Below, piece after piece: positions 22,296 to 34,773 of a stretch of DNA of 64,000 nucleotides (positions are counted from its first letter, which is position 1; each line of letters starts with the position of its first letter). The notes beneath the pieces were generated by a model. It saw only the letters and a program-made list of their open reading frames with translations, was not told where the DNA came from and made no database searches. A program made the position numbers and the translations under genes. The stretch covers positions 25,110,001 to 25,174,000 of the forward strand of contig OZ024745.1 of assembly GCA_964016885.1 (NCBI GenBank). Reading direction: 5' to 3'. The stretch comes from Eledone cirrhosa (Eukaryota).

Positions 22296-25200
22296 TGAGG
22301 AACAGGAAGGACAACCGTACGAACGCGCATGCGCAGAAACTCGGTCACTTCACACGGACAATACTAGACTGCGTGCGGAAGGTGTAAGGGAGATAACTGC
22401 GAAAGTCCGGAAAGTTTTTAGGTTGAAAATAAAATTTTTTTAAATTAAAAATAAAATTACAAAGAATCAGTCCGGAGCCTTGTAGTTATGCAATAGATGT
22501 TTGGTGACGTGTGGACAACGTGTGAAAAATTCACTTCTCGTGTTTAAGCAATCACTATTGCATAATCTCTTTAGGATAGTTATTCGTTCGTCGATACATA
22601 AGCCACACGTCGGATTTCCCCTTGCGTATGGCTTGGACTTAGTGATGGCTTTCCATTGAATGGAGTAGCCTATACTTGAGTCCTTGAGGGACCATACGTG
22701 GCTCGCGAGTTTCGTGGATGAACGTCTGTCCGGGTACCTGAAGGTAGACTGGTGGTTCAGGAAATGCTCCTTGAATCGGCCCTCCGCCATGCCCACATAG
22801 GATTTGACCTCCTGTGGTTCGTTTGCTCGGTTGGAAGTGACCACAGCTTCATAGATTACAGCTGGTGTGTTGCATTGCTGTTGAAGGGGGCAAGCTTCAG
22901 GCTTACGGCAAGAGCACCCTGATGGGGTGTTGCTCCTAGGGCTGCTGGTGATGTGGGCCTTCGTGTTCTTAGCCAGTTGTATCCTAGTTTAACTTTGTGT
23001 CGGTTAAAGATGGAGCGGTATTTATGACCTATGGGGAAGTGTATATCTAAGAGGGCTAGAAATTTTTTTTCTACATTGGTTTTAACGTTGAGTGAGAAGG
23101 GAGGAGAGAACCAGAAAGTTTGTCTATTGATGCGCTTACCTTTCTTAATGGTGTTGTTGCTAGTGGGAGAGTGGGTGATAGGTTGTGAGAAGCCGCTGTT
23201 AGCCAACGCCGTGTTATAGTAGGGTGCCGCCCTGTCAAAGATAGCCTTATTAGAGGAGAAGTTTGAGATTCTAGTACTGATATTCTTAATGAAGTTTCTA
23301 AAAACGGTGGGAGGGTGGCATGAGTCCTTGTGAATGTAATTAAGTTTCTCGTTTAGCTTATAGAAGGGTCTGTGGGTGTGTGTGCGAAGGTCTAGATTAA
23401 TGTCTAAGAAATCTACGCTAGAGAGGTTGGTGGCTACTGTTATCCTAAGGCCTAACTCATTGAAGGTAGAAGCTAAGTCTTTTTTAAACCGGTCGAGGTC
23501 GTGACCACTTTTATGGCTCGATAAAGTCAGTCTATCGTCACGGTATATTCCCGTATGGAAGTCCGGGAATCTAACACGAATCTAACATGTCTAAGATAAA
23601 AAGGCCAACCAAGTCACATACGTCAGCACTGTCAAACGATCCCATGGAGACGTCGAATAGGTCTGAAGTTGAAGACTTCTTTGTCCAGGCTACTCCGTCG
23701 TTGAAGAGGAGGGTTTTCCGGCAGTGAGCGATGATTTCCCTGTCTAAACCATCGACGGTGGTATAAGTGGTAGCGAAGTCCAACGCTTTGTTTAACAGGG
23801 TCGACAACACCACTTTCCGCCACCTGGCCCATAACGCTATTACTTCTAAATATAAGAAAGCTAACCCTATGGCCTCCCACGACATTAATACAGAAGCCAA
23901 GGAATTCGCCACCGACCTTAAGGTAGATAAGAAGCTACAATCTCTAGCTAAGCGGGAGGCGTTCCTCACCCTGAAAGATCACAAGGTAGACTTTACTTCT
24001 AACTCCACATGTAGTTAGAAGTAAAGGTACGCACAGATATGGGACTAGTCAGTAAGGCCATACTTAGAAACATAGTTAAGACCATTAGAACCAAGTCCAA
24101 CCTGCCCCAGTGGGAGAACAGCGAATCCGTAATTAAGTGGTTTAACTCCTTAAAATCCAAAAAAGCGAAGTTCACACAGTTTGAAATTGTCGATTTTTAC
24201 CCGTCGATCTCAGAGACCCTGTCTCCATGGGATCGTTTGACAGTGCTGACGTATGTGACTTGGTTGGCCTTTTTATCTTAGACATGTTAGATTCGTGTTA
24301 GATTCCCGGACTTCCATACGGGAATATACCGTGACGATGGACTGACTTTATCGAGCCATAAAAGTGGTCACGACCTCGACCGGTTTAAAAAAGACTTAGC
24401 TTCTACCTTCAATGAGTTAGGCCTTAGGATAACAGTAGCCACCAACCTCTCTAGCGTAGATTTCTTAGACATTAATCTAGACCTTCGCACACACACCCAC
24501 AGACCCTTCCATAAGCTAAACGAGAAACTTAATTACATTCACAAGGACTCATGCCACCCTCCCACCGTTTTTAGAAACTTCATTAAGAATATCAGTACTA
24601 GAATCTCAAACTTCTCCTCTAATAAGGCTATCTTTGACAGGGCGGCACCCTACTATAACACGGCGTTGGCTAACAGCGGCTTCTCACAACCTATCACCCA
24701 CTCTCCCACTAGCAACAACACCATTAAGAAAAGTAAGCGCATCAATAGACAAACTTTCTGGTTCTCTCCTCCCTTCTCACTCAACGTTAAAACCAATGTA
24801 GAAAAAAAATTTCTAGCCCTCTTAGATATACACTTCCCCATAGGTCATAAATACCGCTCCATCTTTAACCGACACAAAGTTAAACTAGGATACAACTGGC
24901 TAAGAACACGAAGGCCCACATCACCAGCAGCCCTAGGAGCAACACCCCATCAGGGTGCTCTTGCCGTAAGCCTGAAGCTTGCCCCCTTCAACAGCAATGC
25001 AACACACCAGCTGTAATCTATGAAGCTGTGGTCACTTCCAACCGAGCAAACGAACCACAGGAGGTCAAATCCTATGTGGGCATGGCGGAGGGCCGATTCA
25101 AGGAGCATTTCCTGAACCACCAGTCTACTTTCAGATACCCGGACAGACGTTCATCCACGAAACTCGCGAGCCACGTATGGTCCCTCAAGGACTCAAGTAT

Positions 25201-25576
25201 AGGCTACTCCATTCAATGGAAAGCCATCACTAAGTCCAAGCCATACGCAAGGGGAAATCCGACGTGTGGCTGATGTATCGACGAACGAATAACTATCCTA
25301 AAGAGATTATGCAATAGTGATTGCTTAAACACGAGAAGTGAATTTTTCACACGTTGTCCACACGTCACCAAACATCTATTGCATAACTACAAGGCTCCGG
25401 ACTGATTCTTTGTAATTTTATTTTTAATTTAAAAAAATTTTATTTTCAACCTAAAAACTTTCCGGACTTTCGCAGTTATCTCCCTTACACCTTCCGCACG
25501 CAGTCTAGTATTGTCCGTGTAAAGTGACCGAGTTTCTGCGCATGCGCGTTCGTACGGTTGTCCTTCCTGTTCCTCA

Positions 25577-25624
25577 CATCCCGAGCTGAAGATCCGCGAA
25601 GGTGAAACAATTGTTCTCGGTATG
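25577..25624 (+). ncRNA. Minimal type I hammerhead ribozyme in the Penelope-like 3' terminal repeat
   Basis: CATC-CCGAG-CTGAAGA-TCC(GCGAA)GGT-GAAAC-AATT-GTT-CTCGG-TATG: stem I CCGAG/CTCGG, palindromic stem III AACAATTGTT. Confidence 0.72.
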
Positions 25625-25714
25625 GTGAACTAACTGTTGTGTAACCAGTACTACCTAACTCGTCCCTTGGACTGAGTGCTCTACCACTACGGATATTACC
25701 TTCCAGTGTTCCAC

Positions 25715-25766
<52 letters not shown>

Positions 25767-26246
25767 TATTGATGTATATATATATATGATGTATTGATGT
25801 ATATAATACATATTTCAATACATACAGTAAATCGCTTTCGCTTATTTTGCAACCTAATATAACCTGTTCTGCGAGAGAACAATTTTACTAACTTATACAA
25901 CAGAACAAGTGCGTCCGTGTAAGGGAGATAATAAAAAGTTATATACCTCACTCTTATTTGTAAGGAGGAATGAATGAACTCATTCAGTAAACTTTCCCCC
26001 GTGGCACCTCTCTTCCTCCAGCTTCCTCGTATTATTGTTGTTTCTACACACGACACCAACAACACATTCGTAAAATCTAACACGACAGCCACCGGTTGCC
26101 AACTTCTTCGATGATGACTTTCGCTAGCCATCTTAGAACTAATTTTACTTTTTAATATTTAAATATCTCTCATTTAACGTGGACAAAAAAAAAAGACAAG
26201 AAAGAAAATAATCATAAACAAACTTTGTGAATCGAAAATATAAATC

Positions 26247-26354
26247 ATGATAAAAGGATATAGTCCGATCATACAAGCATTAATTGGGACTTTATTTACG
26301 TGGGCTCTCACTGCAGTTGGATCTGCGCTAGTATTTGCTTTCGGCAGCGGTCAA
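26247..26354 (+). CDS. SLC39A11: Zinc transporter ZIP11, coding exon 1
   Basis: MIKGYSPIIQALIGTLFTWALTAVGSALVFAFGSGQ matches the ZIP11 N-terminus (QALLGTFFTWGMTAAGAALVF); GTAAGT donor. Missing from the ORF track. Confidence 0.92.
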
Positions 26355-28904
26355 GTAAGTTAATATTTCTGAAAAACAAAACAATTCATGTTTAATTTAT
26401 ATTATTTCATTTATAAATAATTACATTGTTATTATATGAATTAATATGAAGTATTATACAGTTGTTTACATCATAAATGATTTTACGTAAATACTTCCTT
26501 ACTGTAACCTTTCAAATGTTCTTCTTTATACGATTACACATCATAAATCTGTGTCGGTAGCTAGTGATTGTTATTGTTTAGCCCTAGGTAAGCTTTGACC
26601 GAGCAGAACTATGACCTAAGGTACTAAAACCCTGCCATTTCTGACATTTGTTTGTTTCTTTTTTTTTGGGGGGGGGGGGGGGGGGGGGCGAATTGGCTGC
26701 TATTTCTAGCAGGTCGATAACCACGCAAGATGGTGGTTCGTGATAGGTGGAGTTAAAAGCCTTGATCCGAAACTGTAAACACTTGTTACCGGTAATTATA
26801 TAGTGAGTCTTTCAACGTTTTTTATTATCATATACCAAATATTTAAGATTAAATAGAAGTAAATACATATAATCAATTAAATATTGCTAGGAACCTTATA
26901 AATATAATGCACAAAAATATACAATCAAAACGGAGAAAACAAGCAAACATCAATTCAAGTGCGTCAATCGATCACACACCACAAGGGTCATCGGAAATTT
27001 TTGAGGCAAGCCAACACGCTCACAGCATTACTGTGGGTGATAACGTGGCTAAGGCGCTGTAACAACCAAGCACCCGCACGGGTATCACCTGACACATCGG
27101 TAAGGCGAGCCGCTAACGATGACAAGAATTTCGCTGTCAGCGGCCCAGCTCCCCCAAACGAACCGTCTGGGGAACTCAATTCGATCATATCGAACCCAGT
27201 ACTTATTTGTTCAAGTCTGGTACTTATTTTTATCGATCCTTTTTGTAAACACAAACACAAATGTAAACATAGACACGGGCATACATATATAAATATACGA
27301 CAGGCTTCTGCATTGGTCAACTTGAGACGATTGTAAATAATTACCCAAGATGTCTGCAGGACTGCAAATATGTATATATAGTTATATAGGGGTACACGTA
27401 CTAAGAATTATTTTCTCTTCCGATTTATAATTCCTCGGTACTCTTGGCAGTATCACTAGAGCGTCGGACACTATAATTCGCAGCATAGAGTTACGTCCCT
27501 TTACGTTCTGAGTTCAAATCCCGCCGAGCCTTTCATCCTTACGGAGTCGATAAAATAAAGTACCATTAATGCGCTGGGATCGATTCAATCGACTTTCCCC
27601 GCCCCTAAAATTGCTGACCTTGTGCCTAAATCAGAAACCATTATTTTCATAGAATCAGAAAGAACGTTTTGTTGTTTAAGTTTTTGTTTTCCATTGGAAA
27701 TTTCAGTTTCACTCAAATCGAACTAAATCCAATTTTCAACTAAATCAGTTTCAACAAGCAGGCCTCAACATGGATACCCTATTTATTAGGAGTAGTAACC
27801 AAATGTCTCTCAAATTACAGCTTACCATTAAAAAAGGATGTTGGGGGAAGAATATATAATGAAATTCCAGATACACAATACTGGATATAAACAGCAGATT
27901 GTTATGACTGTAATGCTCTAGGCATGGACTGGTCGATTCGTTAGAGTGTTTTGCAGCATTTAGTTACAATCCTTTATGTTTTGAATCAAATCCCACCTAG
28001 GTCAACTATGTTTTTCATCCTTTCGAGGTCGATAAAATAAAGAAGCACCAGTCAAGTACTTGGGTCGACTTAATCAACTTTTCTTTCTCATAAATTGCTA
28101 GTCTTATGTCAAAATTAGGAAGAGCTATGTATAGGTTTGCCCAATTGATTTTTCACAACACAAGCTGTTACATTTATTTAAACAACGGTTTAAGACTTGA
28201 TCGATGGTTTGTAAGATTTGAACTGAAAACTGTCAGGATACAATCAATCATTGAGGAGGTGCTTACCATGGGGTAAATAATTGCAACAGTAAATTGGCAA
28301 AATAGGCAGAAATTGGGAGAGTTTGTTAAAGCATTGTATGAAATACCATGAAGTGTTTCTTCTGACTCTGTGTGGTCTGAGTTCAAATTCTACCAAGGTC
28401 TACTTTCCTTGCTTTTCACCCTTGTGGGATTGATAATATAAAGTATCAGTTCAGGGTGTTGAGTTGGTGCAATTATTAGAGTCTCGGATGAAGCGCTGTG
28501 TGGTAATTGTTCTAGGTTTTTGCATTCTGAGTTCAAATTGTGTTTTGGCTCACTTGGGTGATAGACTTAATCTGTCGCCTAGCTTAACACCACTACCACA
28601 TGACCCTTGGGTGCTTTTAGAAGAGTCCACTTTGTTGCAAGCATTCAGACCAGGTCTCCAGTTTTAGGATAATTTCTTCCCTCCTTCCCACCTATCTTGG
28701 GAGCCGTGAATAAGGTCGTTGGCACTGCCCTAAAAGAAACAAACAACAGAACTGCTGACTAAATAAAAGCAGACATGGCTATGTAGTTAAGAAGTTTGCT
28801 TCACAATCACATGATTTGTCATGAGTTGACTAATGCCTTGCAAGTGAAATTTTGTAGGCAGAAACAGTGTTGAAGCTTATCATATTATCATATATATATA
28901 TATA

Positions 28905-29200
28905 TAGCTTAAAATTGAGTGAGAATAAGGAGAAGGCAAGAACGGTGGGGGGTTCCTCATCAGTTGTCTATGGGGGTCTTGGATATTGCCACGCTTTAAA
29001 GACAAGATATCTACCGCCCAGAGTGTTCAATAACTCCTCCGTTTTCTCAATAACTTACCCAGTTATTGAACGTTCTGGGTGGTAGATATCTTGTCTTTAA
29101 AGCGTGGCAATATCCGAGACCCCCAGTCGACAACTGATGAAGAAAACTCCCCCCCCCCCGTTCTTGGTTTCTCCTTATTCTCACTCCATTTTAAGCTACC
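28905..29200. repeat. Fold-back inverted repeat (arms about 125 bp) flanked by (TA)n, probably Penelope-derived
   Basis: TAGCTTAAAATTGAGTGAGAATAAGGAGAA...GATATCTACC mirrored by GGTAGATATC...TTCTCCTTATTCTCACTCCATTTTAAGCTA. Confidence 0.75.
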
Positions 29201-29959
29201 TTAACTAGCAACTACACAGCCAATCCTATTCTCCATATATATATATATACATATTTCTTCTCTTATTACTGTTATATGCTTGTTCAATTATGCCCAAAAT
29301 TCGAGGATTTTATTTAAACCTTCTCGCTAACTACCCCATAGATTATTTTATAACCTCGCTTGTTTTCTAAAATAACCTCTTCTCGTTCGTTTAATTATGG
29401 CCAAAATTCTAGGATTTTATAAAATAACCTTCCTGCTCCCTCCTATTCTTCACCCCCCCCCTCTAATATATCATATACGCGCCTGCTGGTTCTCTTTCAA
29501 TCCCTTCCTCTCTCTCTCCAAATATAAAATAAACCTGTTGCGAGGTACGAAACTCAGAATTTGTCAATCCCTTATTCTTGGCTAGACCGCTCGCTCCTCT
29601 GCGAAATGTAATGTACAAATGCTATTTTCTTTTCTCTTCTCTCCATCTTCCCTGGTCCATTCATCTATCTGTTTCATTTCGTCCAGAATCCAATCTTTGC
29701 TTTTTCAATGCTATTTGATAATTCTGTCTGATTGTTCAAAATAATCTTCTTGTATTTTAAAATCCCATAATTCTTCTCTTATTATTGTTATATGCTTGTT
29801 CAATTATGCCCAAAATTCGAGGATTTTATTTAAACCATCTCGCTAACTACCCCATATCCCTCCCACCCGCCCCCACTCACCACCATTATTACTTGGACCA
29901 ATCATAAGTCGGCGGCCTATGTTATCACTTCTTAAGTTTAGACCTGGTTGCCTTTTGAT

Positions 29960-32900
29960 ATGATGGATGGACTATGGAATTCTGGTGAGCCTGAAAAAAA
30001 AATCTGGACACTCAGTGACAATGCCAAAGATAAAGACAAATTCACCTCATGCTGCGCAAAGAGAATGCAAGGACTCCTCTTTATTTTGGCCGTGGATGGC
30101 TAACATAACCCCATCTCCCTCACCCCTCCCTGCATCCCACCGTTCTTACCCACCAAACGCAATCCAAAACTTAAGAGTTGGTACCATGAATGTAGGTACC
30201 TTCAAAGGTTGCATTTCTAAAACGAGGTTGTAGAAATGCTTGAACGTAAGGAGGTCGATGTTTGCTGTATTCAAGAGACCAGGTGGAGGGGTGGATCTGC
30301 TAGATTCATTGTGGGTAAAAAACGATGCTATAAGCTTTTTCTGGGTGGGAAATGACAATGGACTGGGTGGAGTAGGAATCATGCTACCAGAAAAATGGGC
30401 AGATAAGATAATAGACGTAAATAGAGTGAACGACAGAATAATTAAAATAAGACTTGTCCTAAATAGAACTACTGTGACAATAATATCTGCGTATGCACCC
30501 CAATCCGGACTGCCTGGCGTTATAAAAGACAGATTCTATGAGTCGTTAATGTTCACTACCTCCCAAATAACCGACAGTGACTACATAATTATTGCTGGTG
30601 ACCTATATGGTCACGTTGGACAACATTCTGACGGCTATGACGGAATCCATGGAGGCTATGGGTTTGGTACTAGAAATGAGGAAGGCTCCAGAATCCTGGA
30701 ATTCTGTGACGCAAATAACCTAACTATCTGTAACACTAACTTCAAAAATGAGACAATCACTTGATCACCTATAGATCTGGGGAACACGCCAGTCAGATAG
30801 ATTATATCCTTACCAGAAGACGTGACAGTGTCTGTTGTAAACACTAAATCCCTCCCCCATGAAGAATGCACCTCCCAACATAGCCTCATAGTTAGCGACC
30901 TCATACTCAGGACGAGACGTACTCGACAACAGAGGATGACTATCCTCAGGAGAAAAATATGGAACTAAAGGACCCCACAGCCAGTAATAAATTTAAAAGC
31001 ATATTACTTGATGCTTTTGACAGTAAGGAAGAGCAATTAGAGTCGTACAATATAGAGGAACAGTGGGAATTCCTGAAAGCTAACCTGCTGAAGGCGACAG
31101 ATGAAATCTGTGGCTGGAGCAGACCTATAGGCAGGAGGAGAGTAACTTGGTGGTGGAACAGTAAGGTGGAGGAGTCAATCAAGGCCAAAAAGCAGGCTTG
31201 GAAAGTATGGCGGGATGGGGGAAGTAGAGAAGACTATCAAGTGGCCAGGAGGGAAGCTAGGAGACAAGAAAGTTCAAGCATGTTCTACAACGTGAGGTGT
31301 TCAGGATTGCTAGGCAATGTGTCAAGGAAAACCGTGATATTGTCGGGGAGAAGTGTGTCCTTAATGATGATGGTGTACTTGCCATCACTGACGCTGATAA
31401 GAAGGTAGCTTGGAAGTGTCACTACGAAAGGCTACTAAATGAGGAGAATAAATGGGAGAAAGACAGTCTCCCCCACATCGATCCAATAGAGGGACCAGCA
31501 GTGTAAGTTGAAGGTAGTATAATAAGTAAGGCGATCAAAGATATGAAGACAGGAAAGGCGGCTGGGCCTTCGGAAATAGTTGCTGAAATGCTGAAAGCAT
31601 CTGGAACGGTGGGACACACTATGGTCACCCGGATAGTAAACCAAGTCATACAGAATGGGATCGTATCGAAGGACTGGCGTAGCAGCATCATCATTAACTG
31701 CTACAAGGGTAAAGGAGATGCCCTAGTTAGGGGAAACTATAGAGGCATTAAATTAATTGACCAGGTCATGAAGGTCACAGAAAAAGTAATAGCGCAACTA
31801 ATCAGAGAGCGAATTGATCTAGATGAAATGCAGTTCGGGTTTGTGTCAGGTAAAAGTACCACAGACGCTCTTTATATTGTACGACAACTACAGGAGAAGT
31901 ACCTAGCTAAAAGTAAACCCCTATACTTAGCTTTTGTTGACTTGGAGAAAGCCTTTGACAGAGTCCCACGCCCCATTATTTGGTGGGCTCTCAGAAAACT
32001 AGGTGTTGATGAATGGCTTGTGAGAGGTATACAAGCCATGTATAAAGAAACAGTCAGCAAGGTTAGAATTAACAACGAATATAGTGAAGAGTTTAGCGTA
32101 AAAGTTGGTGTTCATCAGGGCTCCGTCCTTAGCCCCCTCCTATTTATTATTGCCCTTCAGGCTATAACAGAGGAGTTCAAGACCGGCTGCCCATCGGAAC
32201 TCCTATACGCAGATGATCTAATAACGCTCATAGCTGAATCAATGGCTGAACTAGAGAAGAAATTCTAAACATGGAAGCATGGCCTAGAATCAAAAGGCAT
32301 TAAAATTAACCTGTCTAACACTAGAGTTCTAGTATGTAGGAAGGAAAATAGGGCACTGGTCCCATCTGGGAAATGGTCATGCTCAGTGTGTAAGAAAGGA
32401 GTAGGCGGAAACTCCATTTTATGTCCCAAATGCAAAGTATGGGTGCATAAAAGATGTAGTGGGATCACAGGTAAGCTAAGTAAGAATATAGATTTTATAT
32501 GTGGCCGGTGCTCAGGTACACTAAGTAGCAGCAAGTGCCCACTGAATACTAGCTCATTCCATTGCACAGATGGTTCTATAGAAATAGTGGACACCTTCCG
32601 TTACCTGGGTGACAAAATCAGCAGTGGTGGAGGGTGCTCTGAAAGTACAGTAGCTAGAGTCAGAACGGGATGGAAAAAGTTCAGAGAGCTTATACCACTA
32701 TTGGTCGCTAAAGGTTTCTCTCTAAAAATGAAAGGCAGGCTGTATGATGCCTGCATACGAACAGCAATGTTACATGGCAGTGAGACTTGGGCATTGTGTG
32801 CAGAGGATCTACGCAGACTGGAGAGGAATGAAGCATGCATGCTCCGTTGGATGTGTAATAGTAATATACGTGAACGGCAAAGTATAAATGAACTAAGTGA

Positions 32901-33546
32901 GAAATTAGGAATAAGGGGGATCAGATGCTGTTTACTCGAGAGAAGACTACGTTGGTATGGTCACGTGATGCGCATGAAAGACGACAGCTGTATAAAAAAG
33001 TGCAGGGCGATAAAAATAGACGGTAGCCACGGAGTAGGCAGATCCAGAAAAACCTGGGACGATTTGATAAATTCCGACCTCATACACTTACACCTCTCCA
33101 AGACAATGTCACTGGACGGAGATCTTTGGAGCTACACAGTAATACAGAAGACCCGCCTTACCTAAGTACAAAGTGAAACCTACTACAGTCAGTAGGCACC
33201 TCTAACAAAAATACACCCCCGTCCCACACCTCCACCCCATCCACACCACCCCTTTCAATGTAAAGTTATGTTGGTATCACAACATCCAGTCCTAAATAAA
33301 TGAGGTCGTGTAGGTGTCACGACAAAAAAACACAGTCCACGCTGTAATGTGGCTGTGTAGGTAACACGGTAAAAACCTCCCAGTTCACACTGTAAACGTG
33401 GTTGGTGTTAGGAAGGGCATCCAGCCGTAGAAAACCCGTCAGACAGTCCTATACGAGCAGGACAACCAATCTTGCCTCAAGTGGGAAAACTCCCATCCAA
33501 ACCCATGCTAGCATGGAAGATGGATGTTAAACGATGATGATGATGA
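29960..33546 (+). mobile_element. Near full-length RTE LINE family A (APE-RT-PHD), disabled by frameshifts and stops; 5' boundary approximate
   Basis: GTMNVGT, QETRW, SAYAPQ, GDLYGH APE motifs; FVDLEKAFD, QGSVLSP, YADD RT motifs; C4HC3 finger; 3' UTR and (ATG)n tail. Confidence 0.93.
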
Positions 33547-33650
33547 CATATATATATATATATATATAACGAAGGAGGTGTCGTACCAGATGGAACCAGA
33601 TTGACCATAACGCACCAGAGTACTCAATACTTAGGGTAGTAGAGTGAGTA

Positions 33651-33768
33651 ATAGGAAAATGTATGACCCCGACGGCAGAGCTCAAGCCGTCTCGACAGCT
33701 ATTTCTGGACCAGAAATAGCCGTCTAAATGGCTTGAGCTCTGCCGTCGGAGTCATACATTTTCCTATA
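33651..33768. repeat. Near-perfect hairpin (arms about 55 bp) in (TA)n; a second fold-back with an internal hairpin at 34001-34224
   Basis: ATAGGAAAATGTATGACCCCGACGGCAGAGCTCAAGCC mirrored by GGCTTGAGCTCTGCCGTCGGAGTCATACATTTTCCTAT. Confidence 0.85.
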
Positions 33769-34359
33769 TATATATATATATATATAGAAGATGGCTGTTA
33801 AATGATGATGATGATATATATAGATAATAATTGTTTCTACTTTTGACACAAGACCAGCAATCACCCAGTCATTACTGGAACTTTATTTTATCGACCCCGT
33901 AAGTTAACCTTGGCGGGATTTGAACTCAGAATGGCAAGGGTCGTAACTCTATGAGTCAAAGCATGGCGTTCGACCCGCTACCGATACTGCCAATCCACTG
34001 AATAATACAAGGACGAATGGTTACTCCTTCATTACGTTTATTGGTTATATGTAGTAGTAATGACAGAATCATTCTGTCATTACTACTACAGAGGTCCGAC
34101 GAGCTTTTGTTTCCAGAGTCAGGCCAGATTGATACAGATCGAACCTTGAGCTGATCAGTAATGAAACGCGCGTCACCAACCAATAATCGTAATGAAGGAG
34201 TAACCCTTCGTTCTTGTATTATTATGTTACACTCTGTATAGCTCTATACCTTGATACTGATGTGAACCTAAACATCGAGTGCTTACACGGGTGAACCTAC
34301 AGTAACTCCGCGTTACACTCCTTGGATATATATATATATATATAGTTTTAATATAGATG

Positions 34360-34410
34360 AGATTCTACAGGACTAGAACTGTTTCATTCTTTAGAAATCA
34401 TCAGGAATCT
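34360..34410 (-). ncRNA. Type I hammerhead ribozyme (antisense arm)
   Basis: Reverse complement of 34774-34824. Confidence 0.75.
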
Positions 34411-34773
34411 GGGTATCAAAAAATAAATATGGTATTTATAGGTCTCTTCAGGTGGTAGGAGAGGGTAGGGAGTGGGATGGGTAGAGGTCATTGGTTGATA
34501 GAAAAGGGAATTCATTAAAAGCTAATTCTTTAAAGCTATAATTTATATTTATATAAATTATAGCTTTAAAAAATAAATATGGTATTTATAGGTCTCTTCA
34601 GGTGGTAGGAGAGGGTAAAGCTATAATTTATATTTATATAAATTATAGCTTTAAAGAATTAGCTTTTAATGAATTCCCTTTTCTATCAACCAATGACCTC
34701 TACCCACCCCACTCCTTACCCTCTCCTACCACCTGAAAAGACCTATAAATACCATATTTATTTTTTGATACCC

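Larger units (their letters stand above)
22225..25717. mobile_element. Penelope-like retroelement (RT plus C-terminal GIY-YIG) as an inverted pair, arms 22225-23651 (-) and 24221-25647 (+); frameshifted
   Basis: RT motifs FLTLKDHK, FEIVDFYPSI, FDVSMGSFDSADVCDLVGL, GIYRDDG and VDFLDINLDL; endonuclease VIY...YVG...CGLC...LNTRSE...CPH. Flanked by (TA)n. It may belong to the Hydra clade of Penelope-like elements (inference). Confidence 0.88.

Noticed and set aside
25271-25273. In-frame TGA in the Penelope endonuclease as possible selenocysteine (Sec-encoding Penelope-like elements are known)
   Set aside because: The mirror arm has TTA (Leu) here, in CGLC, so this is a nonsense mutation at a non-Cys position.
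29130-29170. CTGATGA core in the 28905-29200 fold-back as a hammerhead
   Set aside because: No correctly placed GAAA or stem III in either arm.
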